A stretch of 64,000 nucleotides of DNA from Eledone cirrhosa (Eukaryota). This document shows positions 36,317 to 49,273 of this stretch, piece after piece. Position numbers and translations under genes: made by a program. The first letter of the stretch is position 1. Every line of letters starts with the position of its first letter. A model generated the notes under the pieces. That model worked only from the letters and a program-made list of their open reading frames with translations. It did no database searches and was not told where the DNA came from. The stretch lies in the NCBI GenBank assembly GCA_964016885.1, contig OZ024745.1:14074001-14138000 (forward strand), written 5' to 3'.

Positions 36317-38148
36317 ATGGCGGAAAAGATGGCAGACATGTCTGCCATTAGCTCTGCCACGCCCCCCAAGTCTGAAGAACAAAAAATAATTACAACAAAA
36401 TTAGACAATGAAACAAACAAAGAAAATGAAAAAACAAATGTTAAGGAAAATGAGCAAACAGAAAACAAACAAACAGAAAATAATACAAATAACAACAGGG
36501 CAACTTTCGCCCAGAAAACAAAACAATCCATTACATACACACCAATTGACCTAACTGCCGCCAGAGAAAAACTGGCCGAAGCAAAGAAACACATTGTTTT
36601 GGGGGAGAACGGAATGTTTTCCATTAACTCCCCCCCAGAATTCAAGAAAGCCAGAACAGAAAGCACAGTTCTCTACAGAACTATACTGAACCAGACAAGA
36701 AAGCCAGCACAGCCCAGCCAAATGGAAATAGAGTTAGTCCTAAAAGACTATATAAAGAATATTCTCTTCATACGAAAGGACCGACTCTATGGCAGCATTT
36801 CGGTCCTAACAAGAGACAAGGAAACGGCGGAGAAGCTTTCCCTAAGCCCACTCTCATCGACAACATATAGCTTCTATCCCTCCTACATGGGTAGAAGAAC
36901 ACAGAGAGTAAAAGTAAAAACAATGCTGCCCACAATGGACTTCTGGTGGGCTATTGCTGGCTTCATAGATATGGGCGAAGACACAATGCTGTCAATGGGG
37001 AAGGCAACTGGAGATGCGTTCCTGGGAATGGGCCTCGATATACTAGTCCAAATGAGGCCCGAAAGAATAGCACAAATCCCGGATCGCATCTGGCTGGATG
37101 ACCTTACCCCAATAGACATAATTGTAGAGGGGAGAAGACCAGCATGCTATTTATGCATGGAAAGGGGACACGTTAAGGCTAACTGCCCGAAACGTATCCC
37201 CCAAAAAGGACTATTGCCCACACCCAACCCACCACAAACAGTACACCAACACCACCCACCTCCAAAAATACACTAATACCACACACAGCAAACAAAATAC
37301 AGACACCACCAACCACAAACACAACACAAACATCACCACCACCAGCACCAAACACAAGCACGACACAAAAATCACCACCACCAACCACAACACAAACATC
37401 ACCATCACCAACCACAAGCACGACACAAACATTACCACCACCACCACAAAACCCATTCCAAACAAATAATAAAAAAAACAGTAACAAATCTACCCCTCCC
37501 GCAAAAAAAAAACAACCACACAACACGTCCCTCCCACCTAGCGCTGAAGAGTTTCCCCCAACTTCTGAAGAAGAAGGAGGAGAAGCCTTCAGACAAGTTA
37601 AAAGAAAAAAAAGAAAACACACACCCAGCACACCACAAATAACCCACACACAAACACCAACTCCAATCAAAAACACCCCACCCTCAACAAACAAAAATAA
37701 ATCTGCGCCTCCCCTCTCCGAAACATTGACAGCATCACAAAAAAAGACGTTGCAATACACATATATAAATAAAGAAAACAAAAAACTGGTTAAATTAATA
37801 AACAATAACCCTATGGTGCAGACCGAAGGGCCAAACTTTATCTCAACAGAGAACTTTACCCATTTAAAAATGATAAAGGTCCCTCTGGACCTTTATCGTT
37901 CCTTAAAAGAACAATTTAGACGGGACGTGAGCCCCCCCTGTTTAAAACCGTTGAATCGCGTCCTCTTGAAAGATTTCCCCATAACCGCCCCTCTCCCTGA
38001 CACAACTCCAAATACCCCAACCCCACCACACACGTGTACCCCCACACCCCCACAAAACATCCCTCCACCCAACACACCTGATGCCATGGAAATTACGCAA
38101 CCCGGAGAGGTAAGTGCTTTTCTTTCTTCACTTTCAACACCAAAATAG
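36317..38148 (+). CDS. ORF1 (Gag-like, CCHC knuckle), frameshifted in its low-complexity region
   Basis: VEGRRPACYLCMERGHVKANC; C-terminal part in ORF 37726-38148 is homologous to the other copies. Confidence 0.8.
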
Positions 38149-41100
38149 ATCAATTGAGAGTTGGCTGTTTGAACGCGCGTGGCCTGGGATCAGCTTGGAA
38201 GCAAGCAAAGCTTCTAAGTGACCTCAGGTCACAAAGTATAGATGTGATGGTTGTTTGCGAGAGTCGGATCAGCAGCGTGAGACAGCTGGCGCCCGCCTTC
38301 GATGACTTTGAGATGCACGCATCTCTCTGTCAACCCGGAGGCGGGGGGGGGGGGAGTTGCCGTACTGCTGGATAAACGTCTGACTCTCGACGTACAGATT
38401 GTTCACTCGGACCCGGGGGGTCGATTACTGGTGCTGGACGTCGGAGGCGGTGAAGGCGGGGCTTTCAGACTGGTCGGTCTTTATGCTCCCTTCGGGGCGG
38501 AAAGAGCCGACTTCTTCCAGCGACTGGAGACTTTTCTAGGAACGTCGCGTTCCCTGCTTTTAGTGGGGGACTGGAATGGAATCCTAGATGCGCGTTGGGA
38601 CTATGCAGGGGCATGTCCCGATAGAGGGGGGTGTAGCAGCCTCAAGGGGTTACTCGATCGATTCGACCTGGTCGATAGATTTCGACTAGATTGTCCAACT
38701 GCGCCAACCTGGACCTGGGCAAACCGCAGTGGACAATCTAGATCGTACCTAGATAGGTTTTTGGTTAGGAGTAAGGATAGGGACGTATTTAGTTGTCCAG
38801 AACTGATCATGGTTGGCTATTCAGATCACAAATTAGTGACCTGCGTGGTCAACCTTGATAGAACGCATAGACAGGGTCCCGGTTACTGGAAGATGAACTT
38901 GTCCTTACCGACAAAGAAAGATTACAGAAACCGGATTAGTAGCTTAGTTAAGATGCGGTTGACGGGAGCGATCGTCAACAGTAGGTGGTGGGTATCTCTA
39001 AAGAGAGAGATTAGAGTAAGTTCGATAGGTTACAGTAAGGAACTAGCGGCGAATAGAAATAGGAAGGAAAGGGAGTTAACAGATAAACTAGAAGAGGCGA
39101 TTAGGAGCGGAGACGTAGCCAGAGTGTTAGCGACGAGAACGGCGTTGAGCCAGTTCTTTGACGCGAAGCACGAAGGCTGCGTTGTCCGAAGTAAAATACG
39201 TGCTTTAGGAAACGAGGGGACCAAAGCTGTTAGCTGGGCCCGCGTGACAGAAGCCAAGAGTGGGATTAAATCCACCATTCGGTCTTTGCGAGACCAGGAT
39301 GGACGGGTGATCCTTGAACCTGAGCGAATGTGCGAGGCCTTTCAAAGGCACTTTGCTCGACTGTTCGGAGGTGGCGGGGGGCCGGACGGGGATGTGGACT
39401 TCGGTCCATACCTCGACGGTCTACCGCGTCTTTCGAGCGGCGAAGCGGGGTGCTGCGAAAGGCCAATCACAGCCACTGAAATCGGGGAAGCGCTCAGCCA
39501 ATGCAGCAGACGCAAATCCCCGGGTCTCGATGGTCTACCATACGAACTTTATTTAGCTATGCCGGTCTTGTTCTCCGAACTCCTCGAGGCTGTCTATTGC
39601 AACTGGCAACAGAACGGGAGAATTCCCTGTTCTGTGACCAAGGGCGTCGTCACGCTAGTGAGGAAGGACGAGAGCAAGGGGGACGACTTAAGTAACTTTA
39701 GGCCCATAACTCTGCTGAATGCAGAGTTACAGATTTTGGCCAAGGTGTTGGCGAAGAGGTTGGCGCTTGTGGTGGGTGGTTTGGTGGGAGACGCGCAGAC
39801 ATGCGCTATCCCGTCCAGGTCCATTCACGACAACCTCCACCTCATGCGATACATCATAGAGAGGGTTGGCTACGAACCCGGCTTTGGTGGGGCCCTGATC
39901 AACTTGGATCAATCTAAGGCGTTCGATAGGGTCGACCATGGTTACCTGGATGCGGTGCTAGCGGCGGCGGGCTTCGGACCCGTTTTCAGGGGCTGGATTT
40001 CTGCCATGCACAGTGGCAACATCTACTCTAGGATTAAAGTAAACGGCTACCTCTCGGAGCCGTTTCAAATCACCCGATCCATCAGACAGGGGTGCCCCCT
40101 CTCCTCCCTTCTGTACGTATTGACTCTCGAGCCACTGCTGCGGAAGTTGGAGTTGCTGCGGGGCATACCCTTGGAACCGGGATTGCACAAAGCGGTCTCG
40201 GCCTATGCCGACGACGTAACAGTAATGGTGGCGGACGCCTCGGAAATCGGGGCGATCGCCACCCTACTGGAGGAATACGAAAGGCTGACGGAGGCTAAGC
40301 TGAACCAGGACAAGTCAGTCGGTTTGCAACTCGGAACGTGGAGGGGCAAACCGATGCCGTTAGACGGTGTCGTCGGGCGGTGGACGGAGGGCCCGGTGAA
40401 GCTGCTCGGGGTCTGGTTCGGACCGGACCTCCAGGTGGAGAAGAATTGGGGCGAGGTGACGAACAGGGTGTTTGCGCTGACCCAAAAGTGGGCCAAGTGC
40501 AAACTATCACTGAAAGGTCGGGCGGAGGTGACGAACGCTTACATAGCGTCCGTCATCTACTACCGCCTGACCGTCGTGCCTTGCCCCAAGGAAAAGCTCA
40601 CCATCATGGAACGCATGCTCTTCCAGTTCCTCTGGAAGAAGCGGCCTCCCATGGTGAGGAGATCCATCTGCTGCCAGCACCCTTCGAAAGGAGGGCTGGG
40701 TATGCCGTGGCTGTTGATGCGTAGGCACGCATTGAGGCTACGGCATCTACAGGTATTCCTCAACGGTCAGCCGGTGTGGGCCCCGTTTGTGAGGCGAGCC
40801 TTCCCACAGCTCGTCTCGCTCACCGAACTGCAATCCTGGGTGAAGCAAAGACCGAGAAAACTGGGCAACTGGCACACCGAGTGTGCCCAGGCGCTCACGG
40901 CTATCTGGCAAGCGGACCCGACTGTCAGTGGAGAATCCACCTCGACATTCTATAGAGGGTTGGTGGCTAGCAGGGGCGACGACACCCTTGGAGAGTCGCT
41001 AGGCATGGAGGAGGACGAACTGGCCAGCCTGTTCGGTAGAACTTTCGGCCCGGGACCCATGGACAACTTCCAGAGGTCCCTAGCCTGGCAGTGTTACCGG

Positions 41101-41586
41101 GGGGCTCTGCCCGTTCGAGAAAAGCTCTACAGACACGGGCGCCCGGGCAGGGATCCCGCGAAAAAGATCTGTCCCAGATGCGTGCGCGACGAGGAAACCG
41201 TTGCGCATGCACTGGTACACTGCCCGGGCGTTGCCGATCTGTGGGGCTACGTTGAACGACTGCTGTCGCGTGTGGCGCCGATTCGATTAACCGCCGAGTC
41301 TGTGGTGAACATCAAGCCGCCTCCTCCCTTCAGAAATGAAGCAGAGGCGGTCTTTCTGTGCGTAATAGCCATGATGAAAGAGGTTGTGTGGTGGACGCGC
41401 CTGAAAGGTCTGAGGTCGGGTGACTTTCTCTCCGGCCATCACCTGGTTTACTTCTTCCGATACCACTTCGGAAGAAGGATCAGGATGGAGAGAGAAGTGC
41501 TTGGTCCCAGACAGTTTTATGAAAGGTGGGTGAAAGAAGCGAGAATGGCCCGTGTAAATGGGCCTTCTCTCTACATTGTTCTGTAG
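38145..41586 (+). CDS. ORF2: APE endonuclease, RT and C-terminal zinc finger; frameshift at poly-G ~38345
   Basis: LNARGL, GDWN, SYLDR, SDH, SPGLDG, FRPITLLN, DQSKAFDRV, RQGCPLS, YADD, CPRC...ETVAHALVHC. Confidence 0.92.
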
Positions 41587-41817
41587 GTGAAGAAGTGAAG
41601 AGGAAAGGGGGAGCGCCTCCTCTCTGGGCTCCCCCCGCGAAAAGAGTTGCACACTTTTCGGGGGTATGTGCAATCCCCAACACGCCCCCTCCCTTTTGAG
41701 GACTTTTTATTGTTATATTATTATTGTTATTCCTTTTTTCTTTACTCGATTTATGTAAACTCCCCCACTGTGTAAATGTCCCCTTCTTTTGTGCCCTCGT
41801 GGCAAATAAATAGAAAT

Positions 41818-41856
<39 letters not shown>

Positions 41857-41857
<1 letters not shown>

Positions 41858-42616
41858 GCTACAGAAGGGCTCTTCCCGTTCGAGAAAGGCTCTACAGACA
41901 CGGGCGCCCGGGTAGGGACCCATCGAAGAAGATCTGTCCCAGATGCGTGTGCGACGAGGAAACCGTTGCACACGCATTGGTACACTGCTCGGGCATTGCC
42001 GATCTGTGGGGCTATGTCGAACAACTGCTGTCAAGGGTGGGACCGATCCGGTTGACTACCGAGTCTATTGTAACGATCAAGCCGCCTCCCCTCTTCAAAA
42101 ACGAAGGAGAGGCGGTGTTTCTGTGCGTAATAGCCATGGCGAAAGAGGTTGTATGGTGGACGCGTCTGAAAGGACTGAGGTCAGACACCTTTCTCTCTGG
42201 CCAACAACTGGTCCGTTTCTTCCGATATCATTTCGGAAGAAGGATCAGGATGGAGAGAGAGGTGCTGCACCCCAGCCGTTTCTATGAAAGATGGGTGAAA
42301 GTGGCGAGAATGGCCCGTGTGAATGGGCCTTCACTCTACATCAGACTATAGGTGAGGAAGATGAAAGACCAAGGGAGCACCCCTTCTCTGTGCTCCTGAG
42401 GAGAAGGGTTGCACACTTTTTTTCGGGGGTGTGTGCGACCCCCCAAGGCGCCTCCTCTCTATTGAGGACTTTGTTATAAATTTTATTTTTTGTTATATTT
42501 TATTTTATTTTTATATATTGTTATTGCCTCCTCCTTATTGAGGACGCCTTGTTTTGTAAACTCCCCCCATTGTACTTGTCCCACTTTTGATGCCCTGGTG
42601 GCAAATAAAAGAAACA
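41857..42616 (+). mobile_element. 5'-truncated Tx1-like copy (unit B)
   Basis: ORF2 C-terminus plus 3' UTR between (TCTA)n tracts. Confidence 0.92.
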
Positions 42617-42862
42617 TATCTATCTATCTATATCTATCTATCTATCTCTGGGATGGACACACGCGTATAACTTGCTGAGTAAGTTCTGTTTAAATTTCTA
42701 TAGAAATTCTTGTCTGTTAACTTTAATTTTTGTACCATTTTGTAGAGGGACTGCCAGGTCAAACTTTGATCTGGCCAGTCTCTCAAAATATTCTACGCCT
42801 TTAGGCGAAATAGTTAAACAAAAAAAAAGTTTTTTCTTGTTGAAAAGTTAATATTTTTTAAA

Positions 42863-44654
42863 ATGGCTGAAGCTTCTTCACCAAAATTCGAAGGAGGAAA
42901 GGGGAAGATAAACTTACAGCTTCCCCCTGCCACTGTCACAGTAGCAGAGGTCAAGAAGAAAGGTCAGCCAGAGGAAGAATTCTCTCCACCTGTTAACCGA
43001 CAACTTGACGTTGCCATGGCAACAACCCAAAGAACCAGCGGCACCAGCAACAGCAACAACAACAACAATGCGACGGACGAAAACACCAATAACAATAACA
43101 ACAACAACAAGACCAATAACTGTGACAACAACAACAATGATAACAACAACACCACCAACGACAACAACAACACAAACAAACAAAATTTCTCCTTCGCCGA
43201 GACGACAAGGAAAACCCACGACTATCTGCCAGTAGATATAACCAAAGCGAAGGAGCTACTGGCAGATGCCAAAAAATATATAGTGTACGGGGAAAATGGT
43301 TCATTCACAATCCATTCCCCCACCGAAACTAAAAAGCCAGAGACTCCTAAACACGGTCATGTTTAGGACAATCTCGAATAAAAGTAAAAAACCAGCTCAA
43401 CCATCACAGAGTGAGATAGAGCTGGTTTTAAAAGACGTCATGAAGGACATCACCTTCATTCAGAAGGATAGACTCTACGGGAGTCTATCCATTCTCATGA
43501 AGGACAGGGACACAGCAGTGAAACTGTCCATCAAACCAATCACATCCACCGCATACACCTTCTACCCTACGTACATGGGTAGAAGAACACAAAAAATAAA
43601 AATCCACACCATCCTGCCGATTATGGACATATGGTGGGTTTTGACAGGTTTCCTGGACCTGGAGGATGACATGCTGGTGTTCATGGGAAAGGCATCGGGT
43701 GACGCGTTCAGTGGAACGAGCCTCGAACTTGTAGTTCAAATGAGGCCCGAAAGGATCGCCCAGATCCCTGAACGCGTCATACTGGATGATCTAACCTTCA
43801 TCAACATTACCGTTGAGGGTAGACGGCCCTCGTGTTACCTCTGCGGAACCAGAGGTCACCTGAGGGCTGTCTGTCCCCAACTTAATAAGAAAACCCCAAT
43901 CCTGCCTACACCACCAACAACTGCACAACCAACACAATCACCACAACTACCACTACAAAAACAACCACCACAGCTCAAACCAAAACAAAACAATGTTCAA
44001 CCCATCCCCTCCACTCAAAAAACAAAAACGATTTCCAAAACACCCGCACCGCAAACACAACCCGAAAATATACCCCTCCCCTCCAACGCGGAAGATGACC
44101 CTAGTTCGTCGTCAGACGAGGAGGAGCACTTCCACACAATCAAAAGAAAAAAAAGAAAACACACCTCAGACACACAAATGAAAACAACCCCTCCCCAAAA
44201 CATAACACTGACACCAACACAAAAGAGCTCACAACAACAGCAAACAAAAAACACCACACAAAAACAAAAACATGCATATACATACATAAACACAAGAAAC
44301 AAAAAACTGTTAAACATTGTGTACAACAACAATCTAATAAAAACACAAGGGCCTAACTTCACCCAGGCAGGGGATTTCCCCCACCTCAAAATGATTAAGG
44401 CCCCACAGGACACCTATAAAACTTTAAAAAACAATTTTAAAGAGGACGTGGGTCCCCCCTGCGTCGGGCCCATTAACCGCATCCTCCTAAAAAACTACCC
44501 CACCCCCTCCCCAAACACCCACACAACTCCAAGCTCCCCAACCACACAACACACTGATGCCCCTACACTTCCACAAACCACCACCCCACCCAACAACCCA
44601 TCCCCCACCCTAATGGAAATTGTGCAGCCCGATACCCGGGACGCAGAGAGGTAA
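42863..44654 (+). CDS. ORF1 of copy 2 (one frameshift near 43320)
   Basis: GENGSFTIHSP, VEGRRPSCYLCGTRGHLRAVC. Confidence 0.82.
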
Positions 44655-44678
44655 GTGCCTTTTCTCTTCACCACCAAC

Positions 44679-47675
44679 ATGGCTATGCTAAGAGTAGGCT
44701 GTTTAAATGCGCGTGGCCTGGGCTCAACTTGGAAGCAAGCAATGCTTCTAAATGACCTCAGGTCACAACGTATAGATGTGATGGTTATTTGCGAGGCCCG
44801 GATCAGCAACGTGCGACAGCTGGCCCCTACCTTTGATGACTTTGAGATGCACGCATCTCTCTGTCAGCCTGGAGGTGGGGGTGGAGTTGTCGTTCTGCTG
44901 CAAAAACATCTGGGTCTCGCAACACAGATGGTACATTTGGACCCGGAGGGTCGACTAGTGGTTCTGGACCTTGGCAGTGGTAAAGTCGGAGCGTTTAGGT
45001 TGGTAGCCGCATACGGCCCTTTCGGGTCAATACGGCTGGACTTCTTCCATCGTCTGGAGACTTTTCTAGGGACGTCCCGTTCCTTGCTATTAGTGGGGGA
45101 CTGGAATGGTATCCTAGATGCACGCTGGGACTACGTAGGGGCCTGTCCCGATAGAGAGGGGTGTAATAGCCTCAAAGGGTTAATCGGTCGATTTGACCTG
45201 GCCGATAGATATCGACTAGATTTTCCGACTGCGCCAACCTGGACTTGGGCAAATCGTAGCGGATCATCTAGGTCGTACCTAGATAGGTTCTTAGTTAGAA
45301 TTAAGGATAAGGACTTTATAAGTTGTCCAAAAATGCGTATGGTTGGCTATTCAGACCACAAGTTAGCGACCTGCATGATCAACCTTGACAGAACTCATAG
45401 ACAGGGACCCGGTTACTGGAAGCTCAACTTGTCCTCACCGGCAAGTAAGGCTTACAGGGACCGGATTAGCACTTTAGTTAAGGAGCGGTTGACGGGCGCC
45501 ATCGTCAACAGCAGGTGGTGGGGATCTCTCAAAAGAGAGATTAGAGTAGTCTCTATAGAATTTAGTAAGGAGTTAGCCTCAAATAGAAATAGGAAGGAAA
45601 GGGAGTTGGTAGATAGTGTAGAAGAGGCAATTAGAAGCGGCGACGTGGCCAGAGTGCTAGCGTTGAGAACGGCCCTGGGCCAGTTCTTCGACGCGAAAAA
45701 CGAAGGCTGCATCGTCCGAAGCAAAATACGTGCTCTGGGAAACGAGGGGACCAAAGCTGTTAGCTGGGCCCGCGTGACAGAAGCCAAAAGAGGGAGCAGA
45801 TCCACTATCCGGTCTTTGCGAGACCAGGATGGACGGGTGATCCTTGAACCTAAGCAGATGTGCGAGGCTTTTCAAAAGCACTTTGCCGGATTGTTCGGAA
45901 GGGGCGGGGGGCTGGTTGGGGATGTGGACTTCGGTCCATACCTCGACGTCCTGCCGCGTCTCTCGGACAGGGAGGCGAAGTCCTGCGAGGAGCCGATTTC
46001 AGCCGCTGAGATAGAGGACGTGCTGAGCCAATGCGGCAAACGCAAATCCCCGGGTCTCGATGGTCTTCCATACGAACTATATCTAGCTATGCCGGACTTG
46101 TTCCCCGATCTCCTCGAGGCGGTCTACTGCAACTGGCAACAGAACGGGAGAATTCCCTGTGCTGTGACCAAGAGCGTAGTCACGCTAGTGAGGAAGGACG
46201 AGAACAAGGGGGACGATATAAATAATTTCAGGCCCATAACTCTGCTAAATACAGAGTTACAGATTTTGGCCAAGGTGCTAGCAAAGAGGTTGGCGCTTGT
46301 CGTGGGCAACCTGGTGGGAGATGCGCAGACATGTGCTATCCCGTCCAGGTCCATCCACGACAACCTCCACCTCATGCGATACATCATAGAGAGGGTTGGG
46401 AACGAACCCGGCTTTGGTGGGGCCCTGATCAACTTGGATCAATCTAAGGCATTCGATAGGGTCGACCATGGTTACCTGGATGCGGTGCTAGCGGCGGCAA
46501 GCTTCGGACCCGTTTTCAGGGGCTGGATCAATGCCATGCACAGCAGCCGCATCTGCTCTAGGGTCAAGGTGAACGGCTACCTCTCGGAGCCGTTCCAAAT
46601 CGCGCGGTCCATCCGACAGGGGTGCCCTCTCTCCTCCCTTCTGTATGTAATGACTCTAGAGCCACTGCTGCGGAAGTTGGAGTTGTTGCAGGGCATCCCG
46701 TTGGAACCGGGATTGCGGAAAGCGGTGTCAGCCTACGCCGATGACGTAACAGTAACGGTGTCAACGGCCTCGGAAATCGGGGCGATCGGCACCTTACTGG
46801 AGGAGTACGAAAGGTTTACAGGGGCTAAGCTGAACCGGGACAAGTCGATCGGTCTGCAACTCGGCACGTGGAGGGGCAGATCGATGCCCTCCGATGGCGT
46901 CGTCGGGCGCTGGACGGAGGGCCCGGTGAAGTTGCTCGGGGTCTGGTTCGGACCAGACCTCCAGCTGGAGAAGAACTGGGGTGAGGTAACGAACAGGGTG
47001 TTTGCACTGACCCAGAAGTGGGCCGAGTGCAAACTGTCCCTGAAAGGTCGGGTGGAGGTGGCGAACACTTATATAGCGTCCGTCATCTACTACCGCCTGA
47101 CCGTTGTGCCTTGCCCAAGGGAAACGCTCGCCAAAATGGAGCGCGCACTCTTCCAATTCCTTTGGAAGAAGCGGGCTCCTATGGTGAGGAGATCCATCTG
47201 CTGTCAACACCCTTCGAAAGGAGGGCTGGGGATGCCGTGGCTAATGATACGTAAACACGCATTAAGGCTACGGCACCTTCAGGTGTTCCTCTCCGGTCAA
47301 CCGGTGTGGGCCCCGTCTGTGAGGCGAGCCTTTCCCAGACTCGTCTCACTCACCGAGCTGCAATCCTGGGTCAAGCAAAGACCGAGAAAACTGGGCGCCT
47401 GGCACACCGAGTGTGCCCAGGCGCTCACGGCTCTCTGGCAGGCGGACCCGGCTGTCAGTGGAGAATCCACCTCGTCATTCTATAGAGGGCTGGTGGTTAG
47501 AAGGTGCGACGACGCCCTCTCTGGCCAACAACTTGTCCGTTTCTTCCGATATCATTTCGGAAGAAGGATCAGGATGGAGAGAGAGGTGCTGCACCCCAGC
47601 CGTTTCTATGAAAGATGGGTGAAAGTGGCGAGAATGGCCCGTGTGAATGGGCCTTCACTCTACATTAGACTATAG
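44679..47675 (+). CDS. ORF2 of copy 2 (APE and RT), lacking the zinc-finger segment
   Basis: Open frame; 147 aa shorter than copy 3 at the DDAL/SGQQ junction. Confidence 0.92.
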   Translation: MAMLRVGCLNARGLGSTWKQAMLLNDLRSQRIDVMVICEARISNVRQLAPTFDDFEMHASLCQPGGGGGVVVLLQKHLGLATQMVHLDPEGRLVVLDLGSGKVGAFRLVAAYGPFGSIRLDFFHRLETFLGTSRSLLLVGDWNGILDARWDYVGACPDREGCNSLKGLIGRFDLADRYRLDFPTAPTWTWANRSGSSRSYLDRFLVRIKDKDFISCPKMRMVGYSDHKLATCMINLDRTHRQGPGYWKLNLSSPASKAYRDRISTLVKERLTGAIVNSRWWGSLKREIRVVSIEFSKELASNRNRKERELVDSVEEAIRSGDVARVLALRTALGQFFDAKNEGCIVRSKIRALGNEGTKAVSWARVTEAKRGSRSTIRSLRDQDGRVILEPKQMCEAFQKHFAGLFGRGGGLVGDVDFGPYLDVLPRLSDREAKSCEEPISAAEIEDVLSQCGKRKSPGLDGLPYELYLAMPDLFPDLLEAVYCNWQQNGRIPCAVTKSVVTLVRKDENKGDDINNFRPITLLNTELQILAKVLAKRLALVVGNLVGDAQTCAIPSRSIHDNLHLMRYIIERVGNEPGFGGALINLDQSKAFDRVDHGYLDAVLAAASFGPVFRGWINAMHSSRICSRVKVNGYLSEPFQIARSIRQGCPLSSLLYVMTLEPLLRKLELLQGIPLEPGLRKAVSAYADDVTVTVSTASEIGAIGTLLEEYERFTGAKLNRDKSIGLQLGTWRGRSMPSDGVVGRWTEGPVKLLGVWFGPDLQLEKNWGEVTNRVFALTQKWAECKLSLKGRVEVANTYIASVIYYRLTVVPCPRETLAKMERALFQFLWKKRAPMVRRSICCQHPSKGGLGMPWLMIRKHALRLRHLQVFLSGQPVWAPSVRRAFPRLVSLTELQSWVKQRPRKLGAWHTECAQALTALWQADPAVSGESTSSFYRGLVVRRCDDALSGQQLVRFFRYHFGRRIRMEREVLHPSRFYERWVKVARMARVNGPSLYIRL

Positions 47676-47936
47676 GTGAGGAAGATGAAAGACCAAGGGA
47701 GCACCCCTTCTCTGTGCTCCTGAGGAAATGGGTTGCACACTTTTTTCGGGGGTGCGTGAGACCCCCCAAGGCGCCTTCTCTCTATTGAGGATTTTGTTAT
47801 ATATTTTATTCTGTTATATTTTATTTTATTTTTATATATTGTTATTGCCTCCTCCTTATTGAGGACGCCTTGTTTTGTAAACTCCCCCCATTGTACTTGT
47901 CCCACTTTTGATGCCCTGGTGGCAAATAAAAGAAAC

Positions 47937-49273
47937 AAAGGTCGGGCGGAGGTGGCGAACACCTACATAGCGTCCGTCATCTACTACCGCCTGACCGTAG
48001 TGCCCTGCTCAAGGGAAACCCTCACCAAGATGGAGCGCGCACTCTTCCAATTCCTTTGGAAGAGGCGGGCTCCTATGGTGAGGAGATCCATCTGCTGTCA
48101 ACACCCTCCGAAAGGAGGGCTGGGGATGCCGTGGCTAATGATGCGTAAACACGCATTAAGGCTACGGCACCTCTACGTATTCCTCACCGGACAACCGGTG
48201 TGGGCCTCGTTTGTGAGACGAATCTTTCCCAGACTCGTCTCACTCACCGAGCTGCAATCCTGGGTCAAGCAAAGACCGAGAAAACTGGGCGCCTGGCACA
48301 CTGAGTGTGCCCAGGCGCTCACCGCCCTCTGGCAGGCGGATCCGGTTATCAGTGGAGACTCCACCGCAACATTCTATAGAGGGCTGGTACGCAGCAGGTG
48401 CGACGACGCCCTCGGAGAAGCCCTAGACATGGAGGAGGACGAACTGGCCAGCCTGTTCGGTAGGACATTCAGCCCGGGACCTATGGACAACTTCCAGAAG
48501 TCCCTGGCCTGGCAGTGCTACCGAGGGGCTTTACCCGTTCGAGAAAGGCTCTACAGACACGGGCGCCCGGGTAGGGACCCCGCCAAAAAGATCTGTCCCA
48601 GATGCGTGTGCGACGAGGAAACCGTTGCACACGCATTAGTACACTGCTCGGGCGTAGCCGATCTGTGGGGCTATGTCGAACAACTGCTGTCAAGGGTGGG
48701 ACCGATCCGGTTGACCACCGAGTCTATTGTAATGATCAAGCCGCCTCCCCCCTTCAAAGATGAAGCAGAGGCGGTGTTTCTGTGCGTAATAGCCATGGCG
48801 AAAGAGGTTGTATGGTGGACGCGTCTGAAAGGACTGAGGTCGGGCACCTTTCTCTCTGGCCAACAACTGGTCCGTTTCTTCCGATATCATTTCGGAAGAA
48901 GGATCAGAATGGAGAGAGAGGTGCTGCACCCCAGCCGTTTCTATGAAAGATGGGTGAAAGTGGCGAGAATGGCCCGTGTGAATGGGCCTTCACTCTACAT
49001 CAGACTATAGGTGAGGAAGATGAAAGACCAAGGGAGCACCCCTTCTCTGTGCTCCTGAGGAGAAGGGTTGCACACTTTTTTCGGGGGTGTGTGCGACCCC
49101 CCAAGGCGCCTCCTCTCTATTGAGGATTTTGTTAAAAATTTTAATTTTTGTTATATCTTATTTTATTTTTATATTTTGTTATTGCCTCCTCCTTATTGAG
49201 GACGCCTTTTTGTGTAAACTCCCCCCTTTGTACTTGTCCCACTTTTGATGCCCTAGTGGCAAATAAAAGAAAT
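47937..49273 (+). mobile_element. 5'-truncated Tx1-like copy (unit C)
   Basis: Begins at KGRAEVANTYI, nearly identical to the 3' part of copy 3. Confidence 0.92.

Larger units (their letters stand above)
36115..41818 (+). mobile_element. Full-length Tx1/L1-clade non-LTR retrotransposon, copy 1
   Basis: ORF1 plus ORF2, (TCTA)n on both sides. Confidence 0.92.
42648..47936 (+). mobile_element. Tx1-like copy 2, full length but with an internal ORF2 deletion
   Basis: Starts GATGGACAC after (TCTA)n; ORF1, ORF2 and 3' UTR present. Confidence 0.92.
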
